The position numbers were made by a program, and so were the translations under genes. The notes below the pieces were generated by a model. It was given only the letters and a program-made list of their open reading frames with translations. It ran no database searches and had not been told where the DNA came from. Positions 50,026-61,004 of a stretch of DNA of 64,000 nucleotides are shown one piece after another. The number at the start of each line of letters is the position of its first letter. Position 1 is the first letter of the stretch. The DNA comes from Albugo candida. Its lineage: Eukaryota. The stretch is from positions 124,001 through 188,000 of the forward strand of contig JBDOQK010000059.1 in the NCBI GenBank assembly GCA_040437565.1, given 5' to 3'.

Positions 50026-50823
50026 CTAATTCCGATGGAGAAGCTTGGCTCCTCGAAGGCGTTTACGTTGACGAAGCACCGGATCGGCAACGGAAGAGCG
50101 TTTTGGTAGCTGCGTGCTCTCGTGCATGAAAGTCGGAGCTTGATTGATTGCGGTGGGTTTATCTTTGCTCTTCTGATCCACATTGACTTTATCCTTCGAT
50201 CTTTCCACCTCCTCAGTGAATATAGATATATGCTTCTCACGATGTATTCCAATAAGAAGCGACTGGAGAACATTTGTGCATGTATCCGATTTGGGCTCCA
50301 ACAATATCAGGTCGACACGACCTACAATAATGTGCTCATCCCCAATGCATCAAAATCATTTGTCCGTTGCTACCTTTGCGGATAATTGTTTCAGCGAATT
50401 GATATTTGATGATGAACTGAACGCTACATTCTCCGGCTTCGAATGATGCACCCAGCATATCCGGCTTTTTCAGGGACTCCTAAAAGGCTCCGTTTAAAAC
50501 TGATACACAACGAGCGGAAAGTACCTCTAAGATGACCGAGAAATCCTCCAAATTCATTGTAATTCCAATTGTGTCCATCTGTGCGACAAAATAACAAACA
50601 TATTGCGTTGTTTGCGATAATTGCTTACGTGTCGTGACCATTGATCAGTATCCATAAAGCATTCATATAGGCCTTCATGAATCGTTCTGTTTTCCCGCTC
50701 CGTATAAATGAGAGCTGTAAACTGATATTCCAATCTCCGATTTGGAGAATTTCTTACGTATAAGAGGCATTGCTGACTCTTTGTCGATCCATTGAATCGA
50801 TACGAGAAAATCATCTTCCGCAT
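50026..50823 (-). CDS. PAXX/XLF/XRCC4-superfamily-like protein (216 aa, 4 exons)
   Basis: Exons 50823-50629, 50578-50525, 50479-50374 and 50321-50026 are joined by 50-, 45- and 52-nt GT-AG introns into one frame. Beta-rich head with HMDTIGITMNLEDF; tail RKRLRGAKLL. Confidence 0.65.
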
Positions 50824-50962
50824 CCAATTCCCAATATAGTGTCTACCGGTACAGCAACTCGGTATGGATTGCCCGACGCTCTTATGACATATTTTGAGCG
50901 TGCGCGTTCAGTTCCCGTCCTCGTAAGCGTTCGAATGTCATATACACTTATTACTTTATCAA

Positions 50963-51478
50963 ATGGCAATGGGTATGAATTCTTTTGGTAGTTATCGAAT
51001 GCACTAAGACGAGAATTTTTATGTAGATAATTTACCTTGTGGTGCTGGCTTCCGCGTACCTCTCGTCAGTACTCTAACGAAACGATCAAAATCGCTAGCG
51101 CTTTCATCGTCTAACAGCGCTACTGCAGCGTCTAATCTCGTGAAAAAGCCTCAGGAGACGAAAGCGCAGGGTTTTCGGCAGCAATTGACAGAACGTAGCA
51201 CCAGAACGCACTCGAAAGAGCTCAATAAAGCGTTGAGGACTAGAAATGCGGCAATTTCGAATAGCATCCATATTCCAAATCGCGTAGAAGTGGAGAAAAG
51301 TATCATGATAGAGCAAGCAAAATCGCAAAGAAGAGCCGAGATTTATGCATTAAATACCATCTTGCGACAACTTCAGCAGGAAAAAATAGCTCAATACATA
51401 CACCAACAACGTTTGATGCGAGAAATGCAGCACATATCTTCGACTGAGATGAATTTGGTCGCTGCCATAGGAGTTTGA
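50963..51478 (+). CDS. Small protein with an SVBP (small vasohibin-binding protein)-like helix (153 aa, 2 exons)
   Basis: Exon 50963-50972, intron 50973-51026. QRRAEIYALNTILRQLQQE resembles the SVBP core RQRAEIYALNRVMTELEQ. Confidence 0.65.
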
Positions 51479-51737
51479 TTCATTATTATTAAATAAATCA
51501 AAGGAACAATATTGCCCGGGCTTTTACTGATGTACCCTCAATGACCCAATTTCGCTGTTACGCTTTTACCTGACGAAAATCCAATACAAGTACCACTGAC
51601 TCTGATGTATGAGTCGATCCTACCACGTGTCGTGGTACCTGCGATAACGACAGCTACGCAGGAGTGACAAATTCATCATAATTACTCATCCAAATAAAGA
51701 CAATTATTCCTATCAAATCACGCCGCTGATCGATACG

Positions 51738-53591
51738 ATGACTTGGACCAACAGTCCGATTCGGACCACAAAGCTGACCGTATGTCGAAGAAACTCGATC
51801 GGTAAAGCATCAGTGCTCTATATGATGTGGCAGCTGATTGTCTTAATCGTTGGCACATGCTTTCTCACGCTTATCATTTTGCATCAATGGCACCTCGAAA
51901 AGCTCCAACACCCAACGCATCGATTTTTAGAAATGATTGCAAGAAGTAAAGGTGTTCAAGTCACATTGACCCCACGCATAGGATCCACATCGAGCCCAGA
52001 GAACACAAAGTTTAAGGCCATCTTGTTTCCTGTCAAAACCAAAGTTGATGATCGCACTATCCGATTCGATGGACAGCTTTCGTACAGTGTCGGGCATCGA
52101 GAATTTAAATTCACATTACTGGAGAACCGGGGCTTTGTCACAATACGCAACCAAACGTCGGGAGCCGTACTTATCACAAAATGCCTGGAACCAGCAAACG
52201 TACCTCCACTTCATCTCATCACAGATGCCGTTCGTTCGGCACGAGTTATAGACGAGATTTCGTCACATGAATTTAGCATCGAGTGTGGTGATGGAAAGCT
52301 CGTCGAAGTATTATTTACGGATGAGCCATACGTGTTCTGTGCTGGGAACACATCTCATGTGGTCGATAAAATCCACGGTGAGGACCTAGAAGCAGCTATA
52401 GAGCTTTTTTATGAGCACACAGAAACAACTCCGTCGAGAAGTATTCTGACAATCCCAGAAAACCTTCATTTTGGATCATGTCGTCATCTTGATCAGGACA
52501 ACTATGACTCGGATGACCTCGATGAATCCTCGTTAGCTGATTTTGGTTTGAATTCTGAAAACTCGCCGAGTGTCGCGGGGGCTGTTAAATCACACATCAA
52601 CAAAGCTCATCGTCGTCTTCGCTCGCTGTATCAGAGAACCATCCAACCACACATTCAAAGACTTCAAAATCGTGCTTTGGATGTGATGGCTATCTCAAGA
52701 GGTCAGCGAAGATTAGGCGCCTTCAAAACATTACGATGCAAAAATTGCAAAGGTGGAAAGAAAGTGTGCGTGTTCGTTCACGGATATAGACGAAAGGGAC
52801 TCAAGCCTGGAATCTCTGAACAGACCTCTTTCAAAGAGTATTGGGGAAGTATTCAAAAACATGTCCCGTGTTGCTCCTCGAGCACGTTTTTGCGTCTCGA
52901 TACAATGCGCCATGCATGGATGAGCAGAAATCTCACTTCAAAAGTATGTGAAGCTGCAATCCGACTGACAGGTAGTAAGAATCCAATGAGTCTGGAAAAT
53001 ATCGCTTTGATCGGTCACTCGATGGGCAATTTGATCATAGCTGCAGCGGTTCTCAATAATGAATGTGCGATCGGTCCAACATCAATGTGGATATCGTTGC
53101 AAGGTCCTTTCGTTGGTACAGAGACTGCCAGTGTATCGAAAAAGTTGTGTGCCTCTGAGGGACCCGCCCGACAAGCTCTAGAAGCATTAAGGCTTTGTCC
53201 ATACACAGTAGCAGCTGAGTCGCTTCAATATATCACGTCGAGATACATGACACCGGATATACGACATTGGTATGCAAAGGCGCTGAATGTTCATCGCAAA
53301 ATGGCTACATCTTGTCTGTGTGGTGTGAACACAGTGGGGCTCTTGAGTCCGCATTCGGTGATGTATGGGATGCTGAGTTCAGTCACACCACATCACACTC
53401 CTAGTGACGGTGTAGTGGAGATTCGGAGCTGCAAAGGGCTTTTCACTTACGATATGTTTGCGAGAACATACTACAAAAACAGATTTTATGAAGCTAGTAT
53501 CAATCATGGCGATGGACGTTTTCTCCATGGAGACGGATGGTGGGGAGCGAATCGAAAACCAATAGCCTGGCTTCAGTGTCAATTTGCCTGA
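51738..53591 (+). CDS. Membrane-anchored alpha/beta-hydrolase-like protein
   Basis: N-terminal TM helix, FVHG, GHSMG nucleophile elbow, SDGVV and NHGD. Confidence 0.8.
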   Translation: MTWTNSPIRTTKLTVCRRNSIGKASVLYMMWQLIVLIVGTCFLTLIILHQWHLEKLQHPTHRFLEMIARSKGVQVTLTPRIGSTSSPENTKFKAILFPVKTKVDDRTIRFDGQLSYSVGHREFKFTLLENRGFVTIRNQTSGAVLITKCLEPANVPPLHLITDAVRSARVIDEISSHEFSIECGDGKLVEVLFTDEPYVFCAGNTSHVVDKIHGEDLEAAIELFYEHTETTPSRSILTIPENLHFGSCRHLDQDNYDSDDLDESSLADFGLNSENSPSVAGAVKSHINKAHRRLRSLYQRTIQPHIQRLQNRALDVMAISRGQRRLGAFKTLRCKNCKGGKKVCVFVHGYRRKGLKPGISEQTSFKEYWGSIQKHVPCCSSSTFLRLDTMRHAWMSRNLTSKVCEAAIRLTGSKNPMSLENIALIGHSMGNLIIAAAVLNNECAIGPTSMWISLQGPFVGTETASVSKKLCASEGPARQALEALRLCPYTVAAESLQYITSRYMTPDIRHWYAKALNVHRKMATSCLCGVNTVGLLSPHSVMYGMLSSVTPHHTPSDGVVEIRSCKGLFTYDMFARTYYKNRFYEASINHGDGRFLHGDGWWGANRKPIAWLQCQFA

Positions 53592-53626
53592 ATCTGTATG
53601 AATTTGATAATTATACTTTCTGTTTG

Positions 53627-54859
53627 TTAGGACCTGTTGTTCACTCCAGCAATATTACGAATTTCCTCTTGCAATCCGCTCGAAGTGTCTTGTGTGCCTA
53701 AAAATCGCTCTTGCATGTCCATAACGTGCTCATTGTCAACTATGCTGTCTTGAGCAACAGCACACTTCCAATCAACGCTTGTGAATACGTAACCATTGCT
53801 CTTATCAATTGCTAAAATGAGTGCTTTAAGCGATGTTGTATCGTGTATTTGTATAGGATGGAATGACACAAGGCTGAAATCTTCAATCACATCGATCAAA
53901 GCTTCATTCAGCCGCCGAAATTTGGATGATACAACAGTCTTTGACTCGTTTATTGATGTGTCCTCATCCAGTATCAGCTTTTGATTCCCATTTTCATCTA
54001 CCTCATCAACCTGTAAGCCGAGCCGCTCGGCATCCAACCAATTGAGTAAATATCGTAAATCCAAAACGTCCGTATAATAATCGAGATTGTAAGCTATAAA
54101 CTCGATATCAGAGCAGATGAGATATATCACATCAGCACGCATACCCAATTTTCCATACTGCTCCATCAAGTCAACTTTTGATAAAACATTAATATGCGGT
54201 AGTTCCAGGCGCACCATTGACGCCAGACTCATCAATACGACCGAAATGAATTTGGAGCTATCCGTGCAGTGATGAGCATCGACCAAGTGAACTACTGATA
54301 ACTGTACAAAGACGCTGTGTCAGGGTACCGAAAGATTCTCAAGACGACAACGTACTCGAACATTTAATTTTCCGAGCTTTTCGAGTATTTTATGAACGCT
54401 CGTCTCGTGAGTGTACAACTCAACTTGACCGGGGAAGTCGAAAAGCAAGTATTTATCTAAGATGAAATATTAGTGTGAAGGAATGGAGACTGAGATGCCG
54501 ACCTTGGAAGGCCTCTAATTGTCGTACGAGCCATTCGAAATTGCTATCGATGTAATTCATACAGTAGACGAGTCCTCCATTAGGACCGAGTTCCAAAGTG
54601 TCCATAACATTTTCCAAGCAAATTAATTCTGCGACATTAATAGCGCAGTTATATGTAAATGCATTGTTAAGGAGCTATGGTAAGTAGCATTGGAAGTAAA
54701 TGTTTATTATGGAAAAGGATATGTAATGTTCTCATTGGCTGGGTCCATATTGATGATGATTGTATCGCGACCATTCTGCTGGAGAAACTGTTGCATTCCA
54801 GCGCAGTAGGTGGTTTTGCCAGAGCCCGGAGGCCCGACAACTACTTGACCAAATGGCAT
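53627..54859 (-). CDS. GPN2: GPN-loop GTPase 2 (5 exons; first intron is AT-AC)
   Basis: Contains [42 protein letters not shown] and [12 protein letters not shown]. Introns at 54722-54655, 54502-54457, 54355-54302 and 54144-54094. Confidence 0.92.
54655..54722 (-). other. U12-type (minor spliceosome) AT-AC intron, 68 nt
   Basis: 5' site ATATCCTTT, branch site TCCTTAAC (54673-54666), 3' end TTAC. Removal restores the frame [15 protein letters not shown]. Confidence 0.92.
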
Positions 54860-55760
54860 TATCAGTAGAAAATAGGGTCTATTAATGTGGCTTTGTACAG
54901 TAAGTCGTTGACGCTGGAGTAAATGTAGCAATAATACTGTAGTAGTAGTTACGATAATGTGATCAGATACCATGCTTATACTCTCTTAAAGCTGCATGAT
55001 TGACTTGGCTCCCGGGAGCGTTTCAACTATATCACTTCTTCACTCTTTAGTACGACACTACTCCAGCATTATGAACATTAACATATAGTTCCATATTGCT
55101 AGCCAGCATGAGTAGCCGCTCTTGATGCTCTTAACTGCTCAAATATGGATATTCTCACTGTGTATGACATTGATAGCGGTGTTTGTCAAGCAGAGCGACT
55201 ACCGACTGACATAATAGCGGTGATCCACACCGAGGCCTGTTGATAGCTTACCCTTTTGCTGCAAATTGAACGCCACATCAGACGAAAGACAAAGATATAT
55301 GTCATACATACTTCCAGCCCAGTCTCTGTTTCAATCACACTCTCATCCACTGGCATGTTGTCTCATATTGGTTGGGTTTCTTATCGTTCAGAATTTTTCG
55401 GATGACCCGCAACGCAGTTCCTACTATTTGAATTACTAAAGCTGCTTGCTGCCGACTTGCCCACCCAAAAGCAAAGCACTGGAGGTTTAAACAAACAGCG
55501 TGCCAAACGACTGTTTATTTGGAATGATGGACGAAAGCTTCTATAAAATGAAACGCGTCCTACAATTTGTTGGACTGTGACTGCCACTTAATTATGGAAC
55601 CTTCTGGCTGCANNNNNNNNNNNNNNNNNNNNNNNNNNNNNNNNNNNNNNNNNNNNNNNNNNNNNNNNNNNNNNNNNNNNNNNNNNNNNNNNNNNNNNNN
55701 NNNNNNNNNNNNCTTTTTTTTCGATTTCCTACCTGCCGCCCTCATTTCTTGAAATCCAGA

Positions 55761-58277
55761 ATGGCAACAAGTCCAAATCATCGAGAAACAACGCCGCTAT
55801 TACATGCGCTTGGATGGCAAGCTCGATTCTCCAGACCCTTTGCCGTGTACGCCATTCTCCCACTAATCGTGACTCTGGTTATCGTCCTCTCGATCTATGT
55901 TTCCCTGAGACCTTCCTCGACAATCACTCAGTCTTCACCTCACTTTTCACCGCTACCGATAAACTCTTTTGACCGCTCCCTCCCTCCATTCTTAGTCGCA
56001 AAGCATAAGATACCACCAAAACTGATTGATCGACGCAAATTCCCCCAGGCAATCCCAACCAACTCCTTTTGGTCGAATCTACTAGTCGGAGATTCGCATG
56101 GACTCAACGCGGGCGCTGGAGAAATAACATTGAGTCCATATACGGTCCGAAATCTCCCTCAACGAGTGGAAATCTCTTATGGAGACTCACGACGTGCTGT
56201 GACGAATGTGAGCATCTCTGAAGTCTTTCAAATGGATGTTGGCATCACTGGTTTTCGCAATGTAATGACACAAAAAGATCAAGCAGTCACTTCGCAAGAT
56301 ATCCGACATGCTACTTCTCGAGAGATCCTCGCTTTTGACGCGCTGTCGGTAACCGTGCAATATGGCTTTGACGTGATGCAGAGTGTGAGTACCGACTCTC
56401 CGCCGCTCCTTCCTCCCTCAGTATATATGAATGCTACCCTCAGTAGAGGAGCTCCTTATTTGACTGTGATGTACCATGAAGTCGTTCCAGTGGTGGAATT
56501 TAACGGTACAATTGTAAGTCTCAACGGGCAACAAGTGAAGGAATCATCAAACCCGACTCAATGGACTGGAAGAAAATTCGTGGTTCAGGTATTGGTATAT
56601 GGGGCGACAAATGGCTTGCTTGTGCCTCAAAAATGGATTATTTACTTTGAGAAAACTCGAACTCTCTCTCTCGTGAGCTTGGAGAAGATTTCTCAGTTTC
56701 TTCCCTATCATGCGGATGGATCCCTCACCACTCCGACACAAGCCCGATTGATCGATTCGAGCGTGTATTCTGGCGTTGTTCGGGTCGCTTTGGTCGCAAA
56801 TGATGCTATGGAAGCAGTTTTGGACCAGTATGCACACATTTATCCCAAATCGTCCAATCTCAACATCTCTGCCCATGAGAATAAAAGCTATGTGCAATTC
56901 AGCTGGGAAATTGACAGCTTTGAACCAATTTCGACCAAGAATCAGAAGGTGAATTCAACCTCTGATCTTCTACTGATGGCCAACCCTCATCAGCTGATGA
57001 CATTTAGTGAGGTGCATATCAGCTCAAATGTCTTCCAAGTTTTTGACATTGAGACCGGATATCGCACGCTCAAATCGAACATGACCGCTGTTGTGGGAAA
57101 AACATGGGTTCTGGAAGAAAACTTGACCGATATTGGATTTGGATCGCATCAAGACATCCAGCTAGAGTCCATCCCTTTACATAAAGAAGCGATTCGGGAG
57201 TCATTATACAACGATTCAAAATTTGTTCCACAAGCTCAAGACCCATACTTTTTCGGTAAAGAGGTTAATCGTCAGGCAAAGTTGGCACTCATCGCCAATA
57301 CTTTGGGGGAACGCAGTGTCCGAGACGATATTTTGGATCAGCTTCAAGTCTGGATGACAACGTGGCTAACCGGAAGCAACTCGGATCCGTTCGTGTACGA
57401 TACTATTTGGGGTGGAATTTGCTCCAAGAATGGCTTAAATGGAATTTTCTGGATGACGGATTTCGGAAATGGATGGTACAATGATCACGTACGTGCAGTC
57501 TTCCCATTTCTCTCTTTACGTTCTCATTTGAGCTTTTAGCACTTTCACTATGGCTACTATCTTAACACACTCGCGATCATCTTGAAATTCCGTCCTCTTT
57601 ATTTCAAGCAACACGAGGCCGCTATTCTAAGCTTGGTGCGAGATATCGCGAATCCAGAGCAAAATGACCCGTATTTCCCATTCACTCGTCATTTTTCTTG
57701 GTTTGATGGTCATTCCTTCGCAAGTGGCGTCTACACTTTGGATGGTGGAAAATCTCAGGAAAGTGTGAGCGAAGCGATCAATGCGTATTACGGAGTTTAT
57801 TTGCTCGGTCTAGCTCTAAATATGACGTCGCTCAGAGTAATGGGTCAAGTGCTATTAGGAATGGAATCCCGGGCTGCTCAGGTGTATTGGCAAATGCCTT
57901 CCTGGTCGACCATCTATGAGCCTGAATACGCTGCAAACAAAATGTCTGGGCAAATCGCTTGCACCAAAGTTCAGTACTCAACATGGTTTGGTCCAAAGCC
58001 TGAGCATATGCACCTCATCAACATGATTCCATTCACACCCGCTTCGAATTTGTTCCTCAAACGCCGATATATCGCCGAGGAATATCAAGTCTTGCTTGAT
58101 CAAGCACTTCGACGACCAAATTATTCCGTGGAAGAGCTCTGGAAAGGGTACGCGATCTTGGCATTAGCTCTTCTGGATCCATCAGCCGCGTGGGATCAAT
58201 TGCAGCAAATTCAAACGTTTGACGACGGGAATTCCCGGACCAGTTCGTTGTATTGGATTGCGGTGCAAAAGCCTTAA
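55761..58277 (+). CDS. GH81 endo-1,3-beta-glucanase with N-terminal TM anchor
   Basis: Contains IPTNSFW, DPYFFGK, DFGNGWYNDH|HFHYGY (intron 57489-57539) and QESVSEAIN. Confidence 0.93.
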
Positions 58278-58375
58278 TTCAAACCAATTCGGGTGGCGTA
58301 AGAGGCAGCAGTAAGGTTCTGATAATAAAGCACCTTTTATTCAGTGCCACAAGATACTTTCGTCAATGTTTGGAT

Positions 58376-60730
58376 TCAAGCTTGATTACGCCGTACTCGG
58401 AAGCTGCTAGATGATGAGTCATTCGGGCTGTGTTGTGGCCTGATGGATGTAGGCTGCAAGGGCTGAGAGCACTGCTTGCGAGCCTGAAGAGCATTGATTT
58501 TTCCATTTTCAAACACGAATTCCGGGAGATCATCCCATTTTAAAAGCACTGAAGTGGTTTGCATCCTTTTCGATACTGATCCACCCGACTGAGCATTCTG
58601 GTGTAAATCAGTTGCAATGAAGAAGGAGATTGTGCGATTCACACTGGTCAGAAACTCATCATCTCCAGGTCTTCTCCTTAAGCCAAGAAAAAGCGATGAC
58701 CCTGAACCATTGGCCAGGTACTGAGGATATCCGTGCACAAAATCGATCATCGGTAAATCTTGCAACATCTTGACCAGTTTGTGGAGACGTGAGCAGACAA
58801 ATGTCTCCCATCGATAGAGTTCGCCCGAGTCGATTTGGATAGTGAGAGCCACGTACCAGTCATAACGAACAAAGAAGCTTGATGGCTGGTACAAGACATC
58901 CCACGAAATGATCGCACCCGTTTCAGACCTTTCAGATCCACTTGCCTCTCTACTTTTGTCTCGAGCCTCTTGGTGATTTACTATCGATGCAACAAGCTCT
59001 CGTTCAAGCAGATTTCGGGCTAGCCGAAGCTCTTCTTTGATGACCGATAGCGTTGAAGCCGTAACTTGAGCTGAAGAATTCATTTGCGGGTACGCTGGCG
59101 TGATGATCGGCATCACATGTGTTCGATCACGCACTTGAAAGCTCCAGCATTCCAAGCCCAATTTTGCATCATACGGAATATTAAGCATGATGGGTTTTGG
59201 CCATTCCCATTCTGAAAGAACGTAGAAAAAGTGTACAAAGACATAAGACGCCGATTGTCCCGGGAATAATTGGCATACAAATGCCGTCAAAAGCGCCCAA
59301 TTGATTCCACTCAGGTAGCCGAGCTTTGATGAGTATATTCCACGTCGTCGAGCCCACGCTCGAACTGCTCGGGAGACTCGCCGAAACACTTGACGATTCG
59401 GGACTAATGCGAGGATCATGGTGCTCACGCGTGGAGCATTCAGACTTTTCACTGATGCTGAGCTCACACCTGCCAGTATGTGATCAGAATGAATGTCGAG
59501 GTCAGCTCCAACTGATAATAGCGGAAGTTGGGCGAAAAGAAGATCCAATTTGATACTTTGATACGATAATGAAATGAGTGGAACGGAAGCATTCGGCACA
59601 GTGACCAGTTGTGTGACTTGAGACATACGCGAAAGAACGGAAGAGAACCCAGCGAAGAAATCGTGATGCGATACATGATACGGCACAGCACATACAACAT
59701 CAATATCGGAATCCGGGTCGTGTAAACCCAAGCGATACGATCCAGCTACAAAAAGCGCTCCTTGTGTGATCGCGATTTGCTCTTGAGTCAATCCGACTTC
59801 ATACCCCAGTACTTTGATCCATCGATTTAAAGCATCGGAAATGGATTTCAGCATTTTCGTTTTATGAGGTTTTGCTTCTTCTGTCTCAACGGGAGCGAAG
59901 CGATCGATAAAGGAAACAAACGATCCCTCTGACTCGACCAAATGTACTTGAATATGGTCTGGAATAGAATTCTGTAGGACTTTTCCACGCACGGCTGTGT
60001 TGAGATGACACTTGTGGTACAAAACATCACGCACTTGATCGCATTCGCCAGACCACAAAAGCGATATCAAATTCTTTTCCAGCTGTTTAGAAATGGCACG
60101 TTGTTGAAATGCTTTCTCAACGGAAGAACACAGCGCATGAAACTCAAAAACATCACAAAATTGCTGATGTCTTATGTCAAATTCCACAATCCGATTGCAT
60201 AAATCCATCGCTTCTCTGTCCAAATCCGATATTTCTCGTGACTCCAATTCGGCTAATACGCATCGAGAAGAGACATTGGACGTCGCATCACTTTGTGTGT
60301 CGGTTTCAGACTCCAATTCCGTTCCGGAACCTTCAGTCTCTTCCTCGTCTCGAGAGCTATTGCATTCACTTTTATTCGTCCTGAAAAGCTTCTCAACAGC
60401 GTGATGTGGTAAGAAATGGCTTTTTGCTCGATTTCGGCACTTTTCCTCACTTTTCGAAGCCTCGACTCGATTCTTACCATGCGAACAGTGTGATTTAAAA
60501 CCTCGTGGAAGGCTTTCTATGCAATTTAAAGAGCATGCGCGTCGCCTTTGAAGGCCGCTGCTCCATGGAGCAGCGGTGAAAGGAGTGGAAGAAACGCGAC
60601 GAGCGCTAAATTCAGCACGTCGATGTGCTTTAAGAGACTTTTGTTTCATGAGATCATCCTTCCAGCCGAGTGAGCATTTCTGAGGGATGGATTTTGAGGT
60701 GGAAGGCTCAGGCGTTTGAGAAGCACGCAT
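58376..60730 (-). CDS. Canonical poly(A) polymerase with long N-terminal extension
   Basis: Contains GSYRLG..DSDID, WARRRGIYS, WEWPKP and MPIITPAYP. Confidence 0.92.
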   Translation of the reverse strand: MRASQTPEPSTSKSIPQKCSLGWKDDLMKQKSLKAHRRAEFSARRVSSTPFTAAPWSSGLQRRRACSLNCIESLPRGFKSHCSHGKNRVEASKSEEKCRNRAKSHFLPHHAVEKLFRTNKSECNSSRDEEETEGSGTELESETDTQSDATSNVSSRCVLAELESREISDLDREAMDLCNRIVEFDIRHQQFCDVFEFHALCSSVEKAFQQRAISKQLEKNLISLLWSGECDQVRDVLYHKCHLNTAVRGKVLQNSIPDHIQVHLVESEGSFVSFIDRFAPVETEEAKPHKTKMLKSISDALNRWIKVLGYEVGLTQEQIAITQGALFVAGSYRLGLHDPDSDIDVVCAVPYHVSHHDFFAGFSSVLSRMSQVTQLVTVPNASVPLISLSYQSIKLDLLFAQLPLLSVGADLDIHSDHILAGVSSASVKSLNAPRVSTMILALVPNRQVFRRVSRAVRAWARRRGIYSSKLGYLSGINWALLTAFVCQLFPGQSASYVFVHFFYVLSEWEWPKPIMLNIPYDAKLGLECWSFQVRDRTHVMPIITPAYPQMNSSAQVTASTLSVIKEELRLARNLLERELVASIVNHQEARDKSREASGSERSETGAIISWDVLYQPSSFFVRYDWYVALTIQIDSGELYRWETFVCSRLHKLVKMLQDLPMIDFVHGYPQYLANGSGSSLFLGLRRRPGDDEFLTSVNRTISFFIATDLHQNAQSGGSVSKRMQTTSVLLKWDDLPEFVFENGKINALQARKQCSQPLQPTSIRPQHSPNDSSSSSFRVRRNQA

Positions 60731-61004
60731 TATGTTGTGCGCCTTTAATGAAGAACTGAAGAATAGCGTGAAGCCAGTTCGTCAATATAGAGGTTAAAGC
60801 ACAAGGAACAGGTTTTGATTTGAGATTAGAAAGTCTATCTATAGTGTCCGAGGTACGCGAGTAAAAATGTGAGGAAAATTGTAGAAACTATGTACGGGAT
60901 ATGACATACGTTTCTGACTCGTCAAAAATAAGACATACAATGCTCTGATTTGCCTAAACTCGTCGAAACATTTTATCCAATCGACCATGCGCATGTCATA
61001 TGCG

